Below are positions 61,259-64,000 of a stretch of 64,000 nt of DNA, one piece after another (positions within the stretch are counted from its first letter, which is position 1; every line of letters begins with the position of its first letter). The position numbers were made by a program, and so were the translations under genes. Origin of the DNA: Longimicrobiales bacterium (GTDB lineage Bacteria > Gemmatimonadota > Gemmatimonadetes > Longimicrobiales > Gaopeijiaceae). The notes under the pieces were generated by a model. That model was given only the letters and a program-made list of their open reading frames with translations. It did not search any database and was not told the origin of the DNA. The stretch covers positions 288,001-352,000 of the forward strand of contig CBDCKN010000003.1 in NCBI GenBank assembly GCA_965218295.1, in the 5' to 3' direction.

Positions 61259-62530
61259 TCAACCGTCGGACGGCAGTCCCTCCCGGCCCGCGCTGTCCAG
61301 AAGCTCCAGGACCCGGTCCAGATCTGAAGGGCGATTGTAGATGTGGGTGGACAGGCGCATCCAACCGTAGTCGTACTCTCCAATCACCCGCGTGCGGATC
61401 TTGGCGGTGCGGCTCAAGTGGGCCTGGAGCGCCAAGGAGTCGATACCCTCCATCCGGAACGACACCATTCCGGAAGACAGCTCGTCGCCCTCCGGAGACA
61501 CGATCTCAACGCTCGGCAGGCTCTCCAACTCGGCCCGCAGCAGTGCACGGAGATAGCGCACCCTGGCCTCGATCCGGTCGACCCCCAGCACGCCATGGAA
61601 CTCCACCGCCGCCAGGAGACCGGCGAGGCGGGACTCATCAAAGGTCCCGAGGTGGTTGAACCGCTGGGCGCCCAGATCGAGATCATCCCAGCCACCCGAG
61701 GCGAGGGTCGGCCAGAGCCGGGTCCGCCATTCGCTCGTCATGTAGAGCAGCCCCGTCCCCTGTGGCGCGAGCAGCCACTTGTGGGGTGAGGATACGTAGA
61801 AGTCGCCGCCCAGATCCCGGAGGCTGACCCGAAACATGCCAGGGGGTTGCGCGCCGTCCACCGCGAAGACGATGGACCGGTCACGGCAGACCTGGGCCAG
61901 CTCGGCGATGGGCAGTACGGTGCCCGTCGTGAACGTGACGTGGGAGAGGGCCAGCACACGGGTACGAGGCGTGAGGGCTCCCACCACGGCGTCCAGAAGC
62001 TCACCGGACGAGCGGGCAGGCGTCGGAAGGCGAGCGGTCTCCAGCGAGGCTCCGCGACGCGCGCACACCAGCTCCCAGGGCTTGTACCCGCCGATGTGCT
62101 CATGGTCGGTGACGACCACCTCGTCGCCCACCTCCAGCTCGAGGCCGTTGGCCACGAAGTTCATGGCTTCCGTCGTGTTCCTCGGGAACACGAAGCCCTC
62201 CGGGTCGGCATCCAAGAGCGCTCCCATGGCCCCCTTGAGATCATCCCAGCAGACACCAGGTGGGTAGGTGGCCGCCACGCGTCGCGCGTGCTCGGCAACC
62301 GCCTCCACGACCACCCTGGGGGACGGCCCCAAAGTCCCGTTGTTCAGGTAGATACGATCGCTGGGGATGAGGAACTGACTTCGGACGAAACCCCAGAACT
62401 CCTCGTCATCGGGAGTCCCACCCACCTGGAGGTCGCGACCGAGGGCGGCAACGGCGTGAGGCCAAGCCAGGGCCGCCGCCCCGGCGGCGTGAAGAAAGTT
62501 GCGTCGTCCTATGCTCATCGGTCGGATCAT
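61259..62530 (-). CDS. Class V PLP aminotransferase (isopenicillin N epimerase-like) with Tat signal
   Basis: RRNFL, YLNNGTLG, DGAQ, SPHKW. Confidence 0.88.
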   Translation of the reverse strand: MIRPMSIGRRNFLHAAGAAALAWPHAVAALGRDLQVGGTPDDEEFWGFVRSQFLIPSDRIYLNNGTLGPSPRVVVEAVAEHARRVAATYPPGVCWDDLKGAMGALLDADPEGFVFPRNTTEAMNFVANGLELEVGDEVVVTDHEHIGGYKPWELVCARRGASLETARLPTPARSSGELLDAVVGALTPRTRVLALSHVTFTTGTVLPIAELAQVCRDRSIVFAVDGAQPPGMFRVSLRDLGGDFYVSSPHKWLLAPQGTGLLYMTSEWRTRLWPTLASGGWDDLDLGAQRFNHLGTFDESRLAGLLAAVEFHGVLGVDRIEARVRYLRALLRAELESLPSVEIVSPEGDELSSGMVSFRMEGIDSLALQAHLSRTAKIRTRVIGEYDYGWMRLSTHIYNRPSDLDRVLELLDSAGREGLPSDG

Positions 62531-62609
62531 GTTCGCCCCCCCAGACGAACGCAAGCGCGTGGGATGCGGCTGGCGGCCCCCTCCGCCCCACTCGTAGCTT
62601 CATCGATCT

Positions 62610-63707
62610 ATGCGCACAGTCAGAACGTTCCGCTCCGTGAGGAGCTGGCTTACCGGCAAGGCCGACACGAGTGAGTACGAGACGCTCTTGAACCGAGGCG
62701 ACAGAGAGGTCCCGGCCTCGGTGATCGTTCCGCGCGCGGCGGGCCGCAAGCTGCCGGGGTGGATCGTCCTCCACGGCCTCACCCGACCGGGCCGATTCCA
62801 CCCCACTCTACTTCGCTTCGTACGGGCTCTCGCGTCATCCCAGGCTGCCGTGCTCGTCCCCCAGGTGCCCGAGTGGAAGAACCTCCGTCTTGCCCCCGAG
62901 TACACACTCCCTACTGTACGGGCCGCCCTCGAGGGGCTCCGCCGCCTCGACGCCACTGACGATGGTCCCTACGGGATCATCGGCTTCTCGTTCGGAGCCC
63001 CCCAAGTCATGATCGCGGCTTCCCACGAGGACATCGCCGAGCAGCTAGGAGGTGCCGTGGGCTTCGGGGGCTACTGCGACATAGAACGCATGGTGCGATT
63101 CCAGATGACGGGCGAACATGAATGGGGGGGAGTCACGCACCGCGTCCGGCCGGATCCCTACGGGCGATGGATCCTCGGCGGAAATCACCTGGTCTCCATT
63201 CCCGAGTACCGTGACTCACAGGATGTCGCCGACGCGCTGTGGCGCCTTGCCGTGGAGGCCGGTGAGCGGCGCATCCTGGCGTGGGATCCCTCGTTCGATG
63301 CCCTGAAGAACGAGCTCAGGAGGCAGGTGGTGCCGGAGCACACGTGGTTGTTCGACCTGTTCGCCCCTCCCTCGGACCGTGAGCCGGACATGAGCGGATC
63401 CGAGGACATCGCCAAACGGCTGGCTGAAGCCGTCACGGAGTCGGTACCCCTCATGGACCCCAAGCCCTACCTCGCCCGAATCCGCACGAAAGTCCAGCTA
63501 ATACATGGAGAGGACGACCGGCTCATCCCCTACACCGAGACCTTGAGGATGCAGGCGTCGTTCCCGACGGAACGGCGCGTCGACACCACCATCACAGCCT
63601 TCTTCGCCCACTCCGATCAAGGAGGGCGTCTCTCGTCACTCCGGCACGAGTTTCGTGAGGGTCTGAAGCTGGCGCGGACACTGGGTCGCGTGCTGGGGAT
63701 CGCCTAG
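62610..63707 (+). CDS. Alpha/beta hydrolase-fold protein
   Basis: LHG, GFSFG, HGEDD, AH. Confidence 0.75.
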   Translation: MRTVRTFRSVRSWLTGKADTSEYETLLNRGDREVPASVIVPRAAGRKLPGWIVLHGLTRPGRFHPTLLRFVRALASSQAAVLVPQVPEWKNLRLAPEYTLPTVRAALEGLRRLDATDDGPYGIIGFSFGAPQVMIAASHEDIAEQLGGAVGFGGYCDIERMVRFQMTGEHEWGGVTHRVRPDPYGRWILGGNHLVSIPEYRDSQDVADALWRLAVEAGERRILAWDPSFDALKNELRRQVVPEHTWLFDLFAPPSDREPDMSGSEDIAKRLAEAVTESVPLMDPKPYLARIRTKVQLIHGEDDRLIPYTETLRMQASFPTERRVDTTITAFFAHSDQGGRLSSLRHEFREGLKLARTLGRVLGIA

Positions 63708-63730
63708 TGTCCCGTTACCAAAGTCTCGGC
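63704..63730. repeat. MITE family A, single-end fragment
   Basis: CTAGTGTCCCGTTACCAAAGTCTCGGC; overlaps the TAG of 62610..63707. Confidence 0.7.
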
Positions 63731-63750
63731 GAGCCGTGTAAGGTCGGATC

Positions 63751-64000
63751 CTACCTGGCGGCGAGAATCTGTTGAACCACCACCCGAACGTCGGGGTCCT
63801 TGTCGCCCTTGGCGGCCTCGACGACGCTCATGGCGTGGGGAGTGCCGATGGAGCCGAGGGCCGAGAGCGCGGCCACACGGACCCCGGGAGAGGGCTTGTA
63901 GAAGAAGGATCCGACGGCTCGCTTCTCGATGAGGGGGACGGCCGCGGGATCTCCGAGCTGTCCCAGAGCCCGAAGCGCCTGCTCGATCACGGAATCGTCG
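63751..64000 (-). CDS. HEAT-repeat protein, C-terminal part (runs off the window end)
   Basis: ALGQLGDPAAVP, VRVAALSALG, DKDPDVR. Confidence 0.7.
   Translation of the reverse strand, partial: DDSVIEQALRALGQLGDPAAVPLIEKRAVGSFFYKPSPGVRVAALSALGSIGTPHAMSVVEAAKGDKDPDVRVVVQQILAAR

Overview
GC-rich bacterial DNA; the gene content and style suggest a Gemmatimonadota-like genome (inference only). About 1-14,770 is a decayed mobile island. It holds a tyrosine integrase, a ColE1-type mob module (mobC, relaxase, nested mbeB-like ORF, oriT) and an HTH-vsr-C5 methyltransferase-endonuclease operon whose endonuclease is cut by IS256 (8-bp TSD). It also carries an Ig-repeat lipoprotein hydrolase, gene relics, and two diverged copies of an unknown gene, each followed by a conserved cis-element with direct repeats and covarying stems. 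The island appears to truncate a nitrilase at its right edge. The rest is mostly chromosomal backbone: M28 peptidase, xdhC/mocA/coxG plus coxSLMDE molybdoenzyme cluster, AAA+-receiver fusion with an in-frame TAG, sulfurtransferase, nrdJ with NrdR boxes, anmK/murQ, ABC transporter, ccdA, cardiolipin synthase, agmatinase, fur, DHH, a DedA-CoaE-PHP fusion, 2-oxoacid dehydrogenase E1, ndh, moeB and others. A CTAG-bounded MITE-like family is scattered through it, and a second MITE type hosts the second IS256 copy. Several single-base frameshifts, some in housekeeping genes, suggest sequencing error, so pseudogene calls are tentative. No CRISPR array, rRNA or tRNA was recognised. All family calls come from motif recognition by eye, not database searches.
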